From NCBI GenBank assembly GCA_033723415.1, contig JAWVXD010000002.1, forward strand, positions 192,001 through 256,000: a DNA stretch of 64,000 nucleotides. The letters are read 5' to 3'. Positions 28,783-37,447 of the stretch are shown one piece after another (the first letter of the stretch is position 1; the number at the start of each line of letters is the position of its first letter). The position numbers and the translations under genes are program-made. This stretch comes from Sulfurospirillaceae bacterium. GTDB lineage: Bacteria; Campylobacterota; Campylobacteria; Campylobacterales; Sulfurospirillaceae. The notes below the pieces were generated by a model. The model ran no database searches and was not told the DNA's origin. It was given only the letters and a program-made list of their open reading frames with translations.

Positions 28783-31731
28783 CTAGATGTTACTCTTCAA
28801 CCATTGCATGAGGTTAGATAAGCTAAGCGGCTTTGTAAAAAAATAGCCTTGGCCTTGATCGCATCCGTGTTGTTCTAAATACACTTTTTGCTCTTTTGTC
28901 TCGATCCCTTCCGCAAGTGAAAGTATTTTCATATTTTGAGCCAGATCAAGGATAGAACAGACAATTGCACAAGCATCTTCATGATTAGGAATGTTATTTA
29001 CAAATGCTATATCCACTTTAAGTTTGTCTATTGGCAATTTCAATAAATAACTCAAAGAAGAATATCCTGTGCCAAAATCATCTATTGCTATTTTTACTTT
29101 GATATCTCTAAGAGAGGTAAGAAGTTTGATCCATCTTTGAGGATCTTGCATAATAAAGGATTCTGTTATTTCTATCTCTAAAAATGCAGGATTTATCGAT
29201 GTTTCTTCAATAACATTTTTTACAGTATTCAAAAAATCGCTGTATTCTATTTGTACCCCTGATGCATTCACTGAGATTGTTGCTTCTTCTTTTAATAAAC
29301 CTTCTTCTTTAAGCTTTATCAAATCCTCGCAACTTTGTTTTAAGACAAAAGCACCGATATCTATGATCAATCTAGTATCTTCACATATACCTATAAAACG
29401 AGTTGGTGTTAAGATACCTTCTTCTGGATGATCCCATCTTAACAAAGCTTCAAGACCTGTTATTTCTAATGTTTTAAGATCAACTTGAGGCTGATAATAA
29501 ACTACGAATTGCTCTTTTTTGATAGCATTACGCAAAGCATTCTCCATATCAATACGCTCAATTGATGCTATAGACATCTCATGCTCAAAGAAAGCATATG
29601 TGCTTTTCCCTGAATTTTTAGCTCTGTACATAGCAATATCTGCATTTTTTATCAGTACTTCACTCATCTCACCATGATCTGGATAAAAACTAATCCCTAT
29701 GCTGCATGTCAGAAAAAAGGTAGATTTTCTATATACAAAAGGTTCTAAAAAGATACTATGAATTTTTTGAATAATTACCGGAACTTCGAAAAGAGACTCA
29801 AGATTTTCAATCAATAATATAAATTCATCTCCACCGATACGTGATAATGTGTCTATTTTACGCATTTTATTTAACATTCTCTGAGAAAATTGTTTTAATA
29901 CCTCATCTCCATATGAGTGACCGAAACTGTCATTAATTTTTTTAAAATCATCCAGATCAATATAGCATACTGCCAGTTGTGTACCAAAACGATTGCAATT
30001 GTCTATGGCATGATTGATCCTATCAAGAAGAAAAATCCTATTTGGCAGACCTGTCAAAATATCATTGTGTGCCAAATATTCTAGTTCTCTTTCTGATGCG
30101 ATCAATCTGTCTTCGTAATTTTTTTTATCCGTAATATCACGGGCAGATACAACATAAGCTGATGCTTCTTTATCATCGTTCTTCTCAAAATATGGAAAAT
30201 ACTTTGCATGTAAATATCGTTTTTCATATTTTGATTCTATCCAATATTCTCTCTCAAAACTAATTCCGGACAAAGCTTTATCACAATATGGCCGGAGATT
30301 TTTATCAAAATATTCCTTACCAAGCAGTTCAGGCATACTGTGTCCTAAAATCTCATCTTCTTTTTTGTGAAAAAACTTTATAAATCCCCCGCTTATAGCA
30401 AGATAGACATAATTTCTATCTATCAGAGATAAAAGGTCATCAGAGTTAGAGACTATTTTTTTATACTGCTCTAGATTCCTTGTAATCGCTAATTTAGATT
30501 CCAACATTTTATTTGCATGCATAGCAAGATCTTTAAACTCGCTAAATCTTAATGCCTTTATATCAATAAAAGAATCTTTATGAGAAAGAGTATCAAAAAA
30601 ATTTGCAAATACAAGAAAATCGTTTTTTATTTTTTTATTTATCACTACGTAAAATATTGCAAATACGACTATAGCCCCAAGGACCATAAAAAGCATATAA
30701 ATAATTTGCTGGTTTAGTTTTTTTTGTATATCATTTCTCAACCATTCTATTTCACCATAAATATCATCAAGATAGACTCCAGAACCAACATACCAATGCC
30801 ATTTCGGTATACCGACAACATAACTTAGCTTTTTAATATTCCGTTCTTTATTGAGTGCAGGCATTGTATACTCAACAAATCCACCGCCGCTTTTGGCTTT
30901 TTCAATCAGCTCTCTTACAATGTATTTGCCGTTTTTATCTACTATATTGTACATATTTTGATTTTTGCTAGGATACGTTAAAGCTAATCCATCCCAAGTA
31001 CCCACAAAAATGTAATTATTACCATGCCTTAGCCTGTTTTTATTATCTAGTATCTCTTTTTGTGCTTTTGCCTCCATATCATCAAAATAAAGTCCTGTTC
31101 CTATAACCCAGTTGTATGGTTTAAACAACTTTACATATGATACTTTTTTAAAATATTTATTGCCTTGATTTGGTTTACTCCATTCATATTCAATAAATCC
31201 TTCATTTTTATATTTTGCGATATTTAGGATCCTTTGTAATGTATTGCTTTCTCTCTTATTGTCTAATGTAAACATGTTTTTCCCTTCCATTTCTGGATTG
31301 CTCGGGAAAAGAATATTTATGCCGTCTAGTTTTGTTATAAAATAATATCCTTCATTATTTTCATATCTTAATCCTCTTAATACGTTTGTTATCATTTGTT
31401 TGATTTGTGTGTTGCCAATCTTATCTTTGTATATGTTATATAAATTCATAGCAATATTGTATGCTTCAAGCGTTCTTGTTTTGACGGTTTTTCTTGTTTG
31501 TTGATCGATTTTTTTTTGTTTAATATAAATATAATCCACAAAATTTTTCACTTCATTTTGAAGCATGTTTTTTTTGTCATTCATTTGATTATTGTGAATC
31601 TTGGTTGACTCTTCTTCAAATTTAATTTTTGCCTCATAAAAAATAAATACAATTATAATGATGAGAAAGGAGATTAAGACAGTATAAGAAACAATATGAA
31701 AGTAATCAAACAAACTCAGTCTTTTTTTCAT
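28783..31731 (-). CDS. Membrane-bound Cache-Cache-PAS-GGDEF-EAL diguanylate cyclase/phosphodiesterase
   Basis: Two sCache-like repeats (KVSYVK..WVIGTGLY; KLSYVV..WYVGSGVY), PAS, DILTGLPNR, RIGGDEF, EALLRW, DDFGTGYSS. Confidence 0.95.
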   Translation of the reverse strand: MKKRLSLFDYFHIVSYTVLISFLIIIIVFIFYEAKIKFEEESTKIHNNQMNDKKNMLQNEVKNFVDYIYIKQKKIDQQTRKTVKTRTLEAYNIAMNLYNIYKDKIGNTQIKQMITNVLRGLRYENNEGYYFITKLDGINILFPSNPEMEGKNMFTLDNKRESNTLQRILNIAKYKNEGFIEYEWSKPNQGNKYFKKVSYVKLFKPYNWVIGTGLYFDDMEAKAQKEILDNKNRLRHGNNYIFVGTWDGLALTYPSKNQNMYNIVDKNGKYIVRELIEKAKSGGGFVEYTMPALNKERNIKKLSYVVGIPKWHWYVGSGVYLDDIYGEIEWLRNDIQKKLNQQIIYMLFMVLGAIVVFAIFYVVINKKIKNDFLVFANFFDTLSHKDSFIDIKALRFSEFKDLAMHANKMLESKLAITRNLEQYKKIVSNSDDLLSLIDRNYVYLAISGGFIKFFHKKEDEILGHSMPELLGKEYFDKNLRPYCDKALSGISFEREYWIESKYEKRYLHAKYFPYFEKNDDKEASAYVVSARDITDKKNYEDRLIASERELEYLAHNDILTGLPNRIFLLDRINHAIDNCNRFGTQLAVCYIDLDDFKKINDSFGHSYGDEVLKQFSQRMLNKMRKIDTLSRIGGDEFILLIENLESLFEVPVIIQKIHSIFLEPFVYRKSTFFLTCSIGISFYPDHGEMSEVLIKNADIAMYRAKNSGKSTYAFFEHEMSIASIERIDMENALRNAIKKEQFVVYYQPQVDLKTLEITGLEALLRWDHPEEGILTPTRFIGICEDTRLIIDIGAFVLKQSCEDLIKLKEEGLLKEEATISVNASGVQIEYSDFLNTVKNVIEETSINPAFLEIEITESFIMQDPQRWIKLLTSLRDIKVKIAIDDFGTGYSSLSYLLKLPIDKLKVDIAFVNNIPNHEDACAIVCSILDLAQNMKILSLAEGIETKEQKVYLEQHGCDQGQGYFFTKPLSLSNLMQWLKSNI

Positions 31732-31799
31732 ACACTATGCCGCCGTTACAATATAAATTCATGCTACAACAGTATAGCCATGATTAGGAGCTATGCTAA

Positions 31800-31826
31800 A
31801 AGAGGATCGCAAAATGCCATCCTCTT
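31800..31826 (-). terminator. Probable terminator of the lipoprotein operon
   Basis: AAGAGGAT / ATCCTCTT stem followed by T residues on the minus strand, 25 nt after the stop at 31852. Confidence 0.55.
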
Positions 31827-31851
31827 CTTGCATAACAAAAAGCTTAGATTG

Positions 31852-34800
31852 TTATTTCAACAAGGCTAAACCACCGCTTCCATCTGCCACATACACACGT
31901 CCGTTTATGACTACAACGTCAGTCGCAGTACCTACGGTGTTTGCATGTTCCATAAGTATTGGTGCGGCAGGATTTGTCCAATCTATCTTAACGACTCCGG
32001 CTTCTCCGTAAGCTATATAGAAGAAATTTCTTCCATTAACACTCACGACATCCATACCGGCTGCACCGCCTGACCAACCTGCCAATTCTTCACTCCCAAA
32101 CATAGAAGCATCTTGGAGTTTAAATCGTGCCAAGGCAACAGGACGTTGATCAAGTCCATTTTGCACCCAAATCTTAGTTGGATCTGTACCTTCTATCAAT
32201 GGCGCGATCAAATCGGCAATCGCATAAGAAACGACTCCGAAGCTGTCATATGTAAAGAAAGCGTAGTTTCCTACTACCTTAACAACAACGCTTTTTCCAT
32301 CCGCTTTGCCTACTTTATCACCTTCCATTTTGATTGGCTCAAACACTTTTACTAGTGTCATATTATGCTCATTGGTTACATCTATAACCCCTACTCCTTT
32401 AGGTCCTGAAGCAGTCAATGCGTAAGTTTTACCTGTTGCAGCATTAGTCCAAAGTGCGACGCTTGATACACGACCGATATCAGGTGAAGAGTTAGTATCC
32501 CCTCCGATATTACTTACTACATAACCACTAGTAGGATCGGTAGGATCTTTACTAAGATCATAAACAGTCAAACCGTTACTACCGTCTGCAGTAAATGCCA
32601 ATGTGCCTTTCATTGCGACACCATAAGCATGATCTTGCATATGAAGGAAGTCGACTACGTTACCTGAATCAACATTATGTTCAAAGATATCCGTATCTTT
32701 TGGATAAAGTAAAATAGGACCATCTGTTGTAGCTCCTTCTGGGAAACTGAGACGTCTCAAACCACGACTTTGCGACATGACCAAGGCTGACTGACTCGGT
32801 ATATCTAAGACAACGTCATATGCATGTGGAACCGGATTGATCGTGATCGTTCCATTTACATCAACAGTCCCATTTTCATCAATGGTAACTGGATATTCAC
32901 TTTGTAGTGTATTAGCTATCAAATGAACATTATCTGTTGGGATACAATCATCATCTGCTATTTTCCAAACTGACATACCGTGTGGTCCATCTGCTAAAAA
33001 TAATAAATTTCCGTATGCAGTAACTCCCTCAGAGTGTCCGATACTGATCTCCTGTGTTGCTGAACCATCAGGTGCAGCACCTATCTCATTTGTGGTTGGT
33101 ATATGTACAGGAACAGTATATGAATTATTAGCTTGAGAGCCTGTTATCACAACATCCACAAAACTTAATCCTCCAGCGCCTGATGCAGTGACAATATCTA
33201 CTCCACCAGAGGTAGATGCATCAAAGGTATTTGTAAGAGCCAATGCATTACCGTGACCGCTCAATTCACCGGTTGTTAAGAGAATCGGTGCTTCATGTAC
33301 AAATGTTGGGATCTCTTCGTCTCCTGATAAAACTGGTGTCATATCATAAGAGGTAACAAACTCATAATCTGGCCAGTGATCACCCAATGGTCCTTGAGAA
33401 TTATTGTTATATCCATTAAAGCCATTTGGACCGTGCCATTTTGTCCAAGGATCGTCAGCGTTGTCAATCACCATAAGTCCTGTAAAGTGATCTGTATAAT
33501 AAACTTTATTATTTGTTACATCAACCTTTACATCTATTACACCCGCATCTTTAAGTTTTCCTACACCAAAATACGGAAACAAACTCTTAGATTGCTGACC
33601 TGTTTCTTCGTCAGGTCCATGTGCCGGAGCAGCAGGAGCATAACCAAGAAATTTAGCATCTAGAAAACCTGTAGTATTACTACAGTTTGCATCTCTAGCT
33701 ACGGCAGTATCATATCCTGTAACATCTACAGCGACAAGACCGCCGAGTCCATAAGCTATATAGGCAATTGTCTTGCCTCCTAAATCTGCAACATCAACCT
33801 TAAGTGCATTATAATAATACTTGCCATATCGGTCAAAATCAGCCCAAGGTGTCGGAGCAATCACACTTCCGTGCCAAACATCCAGTATCTCAAAACTTGC
33901 CTGTTTATAATCCGGCATGCCTGTACATGAATCTAGATTTCCACTTTGGACTTCATTGGCAACATTCATATTTATAAACCAATCTTCACCTCGGTTGCGC
34001 TCACTTGCATCTGTATATAAGTTGTAGCGTCCAACTTTCTCAAGTGTTTTTGGATCATAGATTCCCATACCTAAAAATCCCTGAGCTACAAACAATCTAG
34101 TATTATTACCCTCCCCATAGAGAGTCATACTTAACGGACCGCCCCAAGGATTTTCACCTGCATACTGTAAAGTATAAACTTCTTGTTCTATCTTTAATGT
34201 ACCGTCATCTTCGCGTCCGTTTACGTTATCAAATAGGTTATTTAAAGCTGTTTTTTGGATTCCGTATCCTGAATCTCCTATGATCAATTGTAATGGAATT
34301 GAAGTATTGGCATCTTGATAAACGACAAGAGACGTAATCGGAGCACGTTTACTCGAAATATTATTATCGGCGACTATATCACCGCCACCTTCAGTCCATG
34401 ATATTCCGGTTTGATCATAATTGACTTTTACGCCATTTATTACAAGAGACATTGCAGCCGGGTTTGTAACATCAACAGCTGCTATACCTTCATCACCCAT
34501 AGCCAGAAGTGCATATTTCGTACCATCTGTGCCCGTCGCTATGGTTATATCTTTTATGTAACCTTTGACTTTTACAGAGTAGTCGGTACTCTTAGTAACT
34601 CCAACTTCTGTTGCATGTAGTTCATTTGCAATATTATACAGTGTCCATTCAACACCATCACTACTTAGAAGCTCAACCGATGTCGTAGCTCCGCCTATTC
34701 TAGTACTTGAGCTCATCGAAGCTTCCGTAGGAACATTACAAGTACTTAGTAATCCACTGTCGCCAGCACCACCACATCCAGATATAAAAAGCGAAACGCT

Positions 34801-34863
34801 TACTGATAATAGAATACCCAATAGTGTGGATGCTTTCCAATATTTGTTGTATAAAGTTTTCAT
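31852..34863 (-). CDS. Large lipoprotein with LVIVD-repeat beta-propeller
   Basis: Lipobox ISG-C plus Gly linker; repeated blades (YALLAMGDEGIAAVDVTNP, AFTADGSNGLTVYDLS, VYVADGSGGLALL); 1003 aa. Confidence 0.8.
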   Translation of the reverse strand: MKTLYNKYWKASTLLGILLSVSVSLFISGCGGAGDSGLLSTCNVPTEASMSSSTRIGGATTSVELLSSDGVEWTLYNIANELHATEVGVTKSTDYSVKVKGYIKDITIATGTDGTKYALLAMGDEGIAAVDVTNPAAMSLVINGVKVNYDQTGISWTEGGGDIVADNNISSKRAPITSLVVYQDANTSIPLQLIIGDSGYGIQKTALNNLFDNVNGREDDGTLKIEQEVYTLQYAGENPWGGPLSMTLYGEGNNTRLFVAQGFLGMGIYDPKTLEKVGRYNLYTDASERNRGEDWFINMNVANEVQSGNLDSCTGMPDYKQASFEILDVWHGSVIAPTPWADFDRYGKYYYNALKVDVADLGGKTIAYIAYGLGGLVAVDVTGYDTAVARDANCSNTTGFLDAKFLGYAPAAPAHGPDEETGQQSKSLFPYFGVGKLKDAGVIDVKVDVTNNKVYYTDHFTGLMVIDNADDPWTKWHGPNGFNGYNNNSQGPLGDHWPDYEFVTSYDMTPVLSGDEEIPTFVHEAPILLTTGELSGHGNALALTNTFDASTSGGVDIVTASGAGGLSFVDVVITGSQANNSYTVPVHIPTTNEIGAAPDGSATQEISIGHSEGVTAYGNLLFLADGPHGMSVWKIADDDCIPTDNVHLIANTLQSEYPVTIDENGTVDVNGTITINPVPHAYDVVLDIPSQSALVMSQSRGLRRLSFPEGATTDGPILLYPKDTDIFEHNVDSGNVVDFLHMQDHAYGVAMKGTLAFTADGSNGLTVYDLSKDPTDPTSGYVVSNIGGDTNSSPDIGRVSSVALWTNAATGKTYALTASGPKGVGVIDVTNEHNMTLVKVFEPIKMEGDKVGKADGKSVVVKVVGNYAFFTYDSFGVVSYAIADLIAPLIEGTDPTKIWVQNGLDQRPVALARFKLQDASMFGSEELAGWSGGAAGMDVVSVNGRNFFYIAYGEAGVVKIDWTNPAAPILMEHANTVGTATDVVVINGRVYVADGSGGLALLK

Positions 34864-34893
34864 CTCAATCTACCCCCAAAGAGATCTTATGAC

Positions 34894-34931
34894 GGATGCA
34901 CTCTGAATAGGGTAATTTTCAGAGCGCATCC
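34894..34931 (-). other. Intergenic 14-bp stem-loop between the two lipoprotein genes
   Basis: Minus strand GGATGCGCTCTGAA-N10-TTCAGAGTGCATCC (one G-U), no U-tract. Confidence 0.6.
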
Positions 34932-34958
34932 TCATGTAAAATTACAACTGCTTGCTCC

Positions 34959-36077
34959 TTAAGGAGCAGTAACATTATTATCGTTCAAGGCTACAGCAGA
35001 TTGCACTAATAATCTACTGTTGATAATCGCACCGGTATTTGCTGTAACAGCTTGTTGTGCTAAGATCACGCCTTTAAACTGTGCAGTCGTACCAATTGAT
35101 ACGCCAATACCTCCGGCAACCTGCCAGAAAATATTTTTGGCTTGCGCGCCACCGCTAAGTGTTATAATCGCACCATTACCCACGGTGAGATTTCCACCTA
35201 TCTGAAAAATCCAGACATCGTTGGCTCCGCCATTAAGTGTTACACCTCCACTGTTGATCACAACATCTGATCCTGCATTATATAGACCTGGTGTAATCGT
35301 CAAACCTGTTATATCCGCAGCTAAAACTTGTGGAGCAGGAACTGTACGTCCGGCTGCATCAATATATGAGTTTTCCATGTTATTAACTGCCGTGCTCAAA
35401 ATAGATGGCGTCGGAGGTGTCATATCAGACGCGTATATATTTCCGGTAACTAGAGCAGACGTCGCATATGTACCGCTAGCATCAAGGGTTACATTAAACC
35501 CAAGCATATCAGATAGAGCAGCCGGACTAATACCTACATCACCGGTAATAGTTGTGTTCCCTGCTGTTATTATTGCTGTTTTTGCTAAAACAGTGTACAT
35601 ACCTGCAGTCCCAAGATTGACAGGATCAGGTCCTAATGCTATTGTTGTACCGGTTTTGAAGCTCCAAACATACTCAGTAGCTAAAGAAGCGGTACCTGTA
35701 GCATTTTGAACACCGGTACTAATTGTCGCAGTATATGTGGAATTACTGTCAAGATTAGCATCCGGTTTAAAAATCATCGTGCTGTTAACATAACTTACAG
35801 TGCCTGAAACTGTTGTCCCAGAAGATTGAGTAGGCCCTTTCTTCAATGTAAATGTTGTAGTATTCACGCTTAGAGGATCAAGTGCTACACTTAAGACAGC
35901 ATTTATATTTCTATTTAGTGGTACATCTGTAGCATTGATATCAGGAGTTGTATAAAGCACAGTGATTGATGAAGTAGTAGTTGAACTACCGCCGCCACCA
36001 CATCCTGTCATAAAAATAGCCACTATCAAAAGCATAGAGACCAAGACAATATGTGGAAGTTTTTGTAAGTATCGCAT
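34959..36077 (-). CDS. Lipoprotein with Ig-like (Big_5) domain and DUF3494 ice-binding-like beta-solenoid
   Basis: AGGAGG SD then ATG at 36077; lipobox MTG-C-GGGG; TP..NATDVP.N..YVWSFKT Ig domain; PVNLGTAG.Y.VLAKT, ITGDVGISP, PGLY, VWIFQI, AKNIFWQVAG, F.GVILA. Confidence 0.9.
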   Translation of the reverse strand: MRYLQKLPHIVLVSMLLIVAIFMTGCGGGGSSTTTSSITVLYTTPDINATDVPLNRNINAVLSVALDPLSVNTTTFTLKKGPTQSSGTTVSGTVSYVNSTMIFKPDANLDSNSTYTATISTGVQNATGTASLATEYVWSFKTGTTIALGPDPVNLGTAGMYTVLAKTAIITAGNTTITGDVGISPAALSDMLGFNVTLDASGTYATSALVTGNIYASDMTPPTPSILSTAVNNMENSYIDAAGRTVPAPQVLAADITGLTITPGLYNAGSDVVINSGGVTLNGGANDVWIFQIGGNLTVGNGAIITLSGGAQAKNIFWQVAGGIGVSIGTTAQFKGVILAQQAVTANTGAIINSRLLVQSAVALNDNNVTAP

Positions 36078-36254
36078 TCGATTCCTCCTTTCTGCGTGTT
36101 TAAAATACATTGATAGAATGTACTATCCATTGACTTGGATAAACAAAACCGAAAGAGCCTAGTTAAAAAACTCGGAGGTTTGAATTAAGACAACTCATTC
36201 ACATTTAAAGGTGCTGGAGATGTCTTGAAATAATCCAATCCACCTTATAAGATA

Positions 36255-36263
36255 ATTGTATCA
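36255..36263 (-). promoter_or_regulatory. Extended -10 promoter for the lipoprotein operon
   Basis: TGATACAAT (TGnTAnnnT) on the minus strand, about 180 nt upstream of the ATG. Confidence 0.5.
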
Positions 36264-36494
36264 CAAATACTTAATTGGGAAAAATAATTAAATAATTAAA
36301 TTTTTGGGAAAATATAGAATGAATAAATTTCCCAATATTAGGTGTTTTTAGTGCAGTTTTTTTGATTTTAAATTTATACTTTCTTATAATTTATGTATAA
36401 ATGATGTTAATGGCATGTTAATGGATTTTGGCATTTTTTGATATTTTTTATTAAATAAAAGACTATTTACAATAATTTTATTTAATTTTAAGAT

Positions 36495-37019
36495 TTAGAT
36501 CTCATTTAAGACGTTTACCTTAAGCAAAATATCATCTGAATTTTTAAAATCAATATGAATTAGATATATATTTTTTTTAGAGTTAGATGATTTATATACT
36601 CTAAAACTATTTACTATGCCAAGATAATCTATATCAAAATCCCTATCAGTAGTACTTAATTCATAACTAGTAAACTTTCTAAGTGATTCTAATCTATACA
36701 GTTTCTTATCTTTGACTATATAAGTGATATAAGGGTTGAACCTTCTATGTATAGAATTTGAACTTTGCAAGAATACAACATCTTCATTTTTTTCTCGATT
36801 TTGTATCTCTATAGAAGAAGGTAAAGCCAGTGAAAAATCAAGAAATATAACTTTTCTCATTTTTTGAGTATTAACGACTCGCTGTACTTCGTTTTTTAAA
36901 ATTCTATTTGAAGAATTTAAAGTACCGTAACTTTCATACAGATAAGTCATCATGACTGTCAATATCGTGATTGAGATCATTAATTCTATAAGTGTAAAAC
37001 CTGCTTTACTTGATCTCAT
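36495..37019 (-). CDS. T2SS minor pseudopilin (GspJ-like)
   Basis: Prepilin motif KAG/FTLIELMISI; last gene of the T2SS cluster. Confidence 0.75.
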   Translation of the reverse strand: MRSSKAGFTLIELMISITILTVMMTYLYESYGTLNSSNRILKNEVQRVVNTQKMRKVIFLDFSLALPSSIEIQNREKNEDVVFLQSSNSIHRRFNPYITYIVKDKKLYRLESLRKFTSYELSTTDRDFDIDYLGIVNSFRVYKSSNSKKNIYLIHIDFKNSDDILLKVNVLNEI

Positions 37020-37447
37020 GGAATTCTCAACCTCAACAAAGATGTAGACGAGCCATCAACTTTAAGCACACTTTTGCCTGCTTCTAAAAACATATCCAGA
37101 TTATCGGTATCTTTTTGTTTGCTTAGATCTACTTGTTGAAGTTTTTGATAGATTAGTGTTGCTTTCGTATTTTTCAATTGTATTCTCAGCTTATCTTCTA
37201 ATCTAAAGTCTTTTAACAAATCGGAAAGATGTATATTTTTATTTTCAAAACCATAATCATCATGTGCTATGAGAAAAGAAGCATATTGATTCGTTCGAGA
37301 TTGTTTTTTGATTAAAGAAAATACGTGCGTATTGTTTGAATGCATCTGAAACAACGCAATTACAACAACTGAGATGATCATGACAGCTACCATAGCCTCT
37401 ATCAAAGTGAATGCTGCTCTACTCTTATCTATTTTTTTTTTAGCCAT
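37016..37447 (-). CDS. T2SS minor pseudopilin (GspI-like)
   Basis: Prepilin motif RAA/FTLIEAMVAVMII; 143 aa. Confidence 0.72.
   Translation of the reverse strand: MAKKKIDKSRAAFTLIEAMVAVMIISVVVIALFQMHSNNTHVFSLIKKQSRTNQYASFLIAHDDYGFENKNIHLSDLLKDFRLEDKLRIQLKNTKATLIYQKLQQVDLSKQKDTDNLDMFLEAGKSVLKVDGSSTSLLRLRIP

Noticed and set aside
36078..36250. c-di-GMP-I/II riboswitch upstream of the DUF3494 gene
   Set aside because: The GGCAAA..GAAA..GCAAA pattern is absent on the coding strand; kept only as an unclassified structured leader
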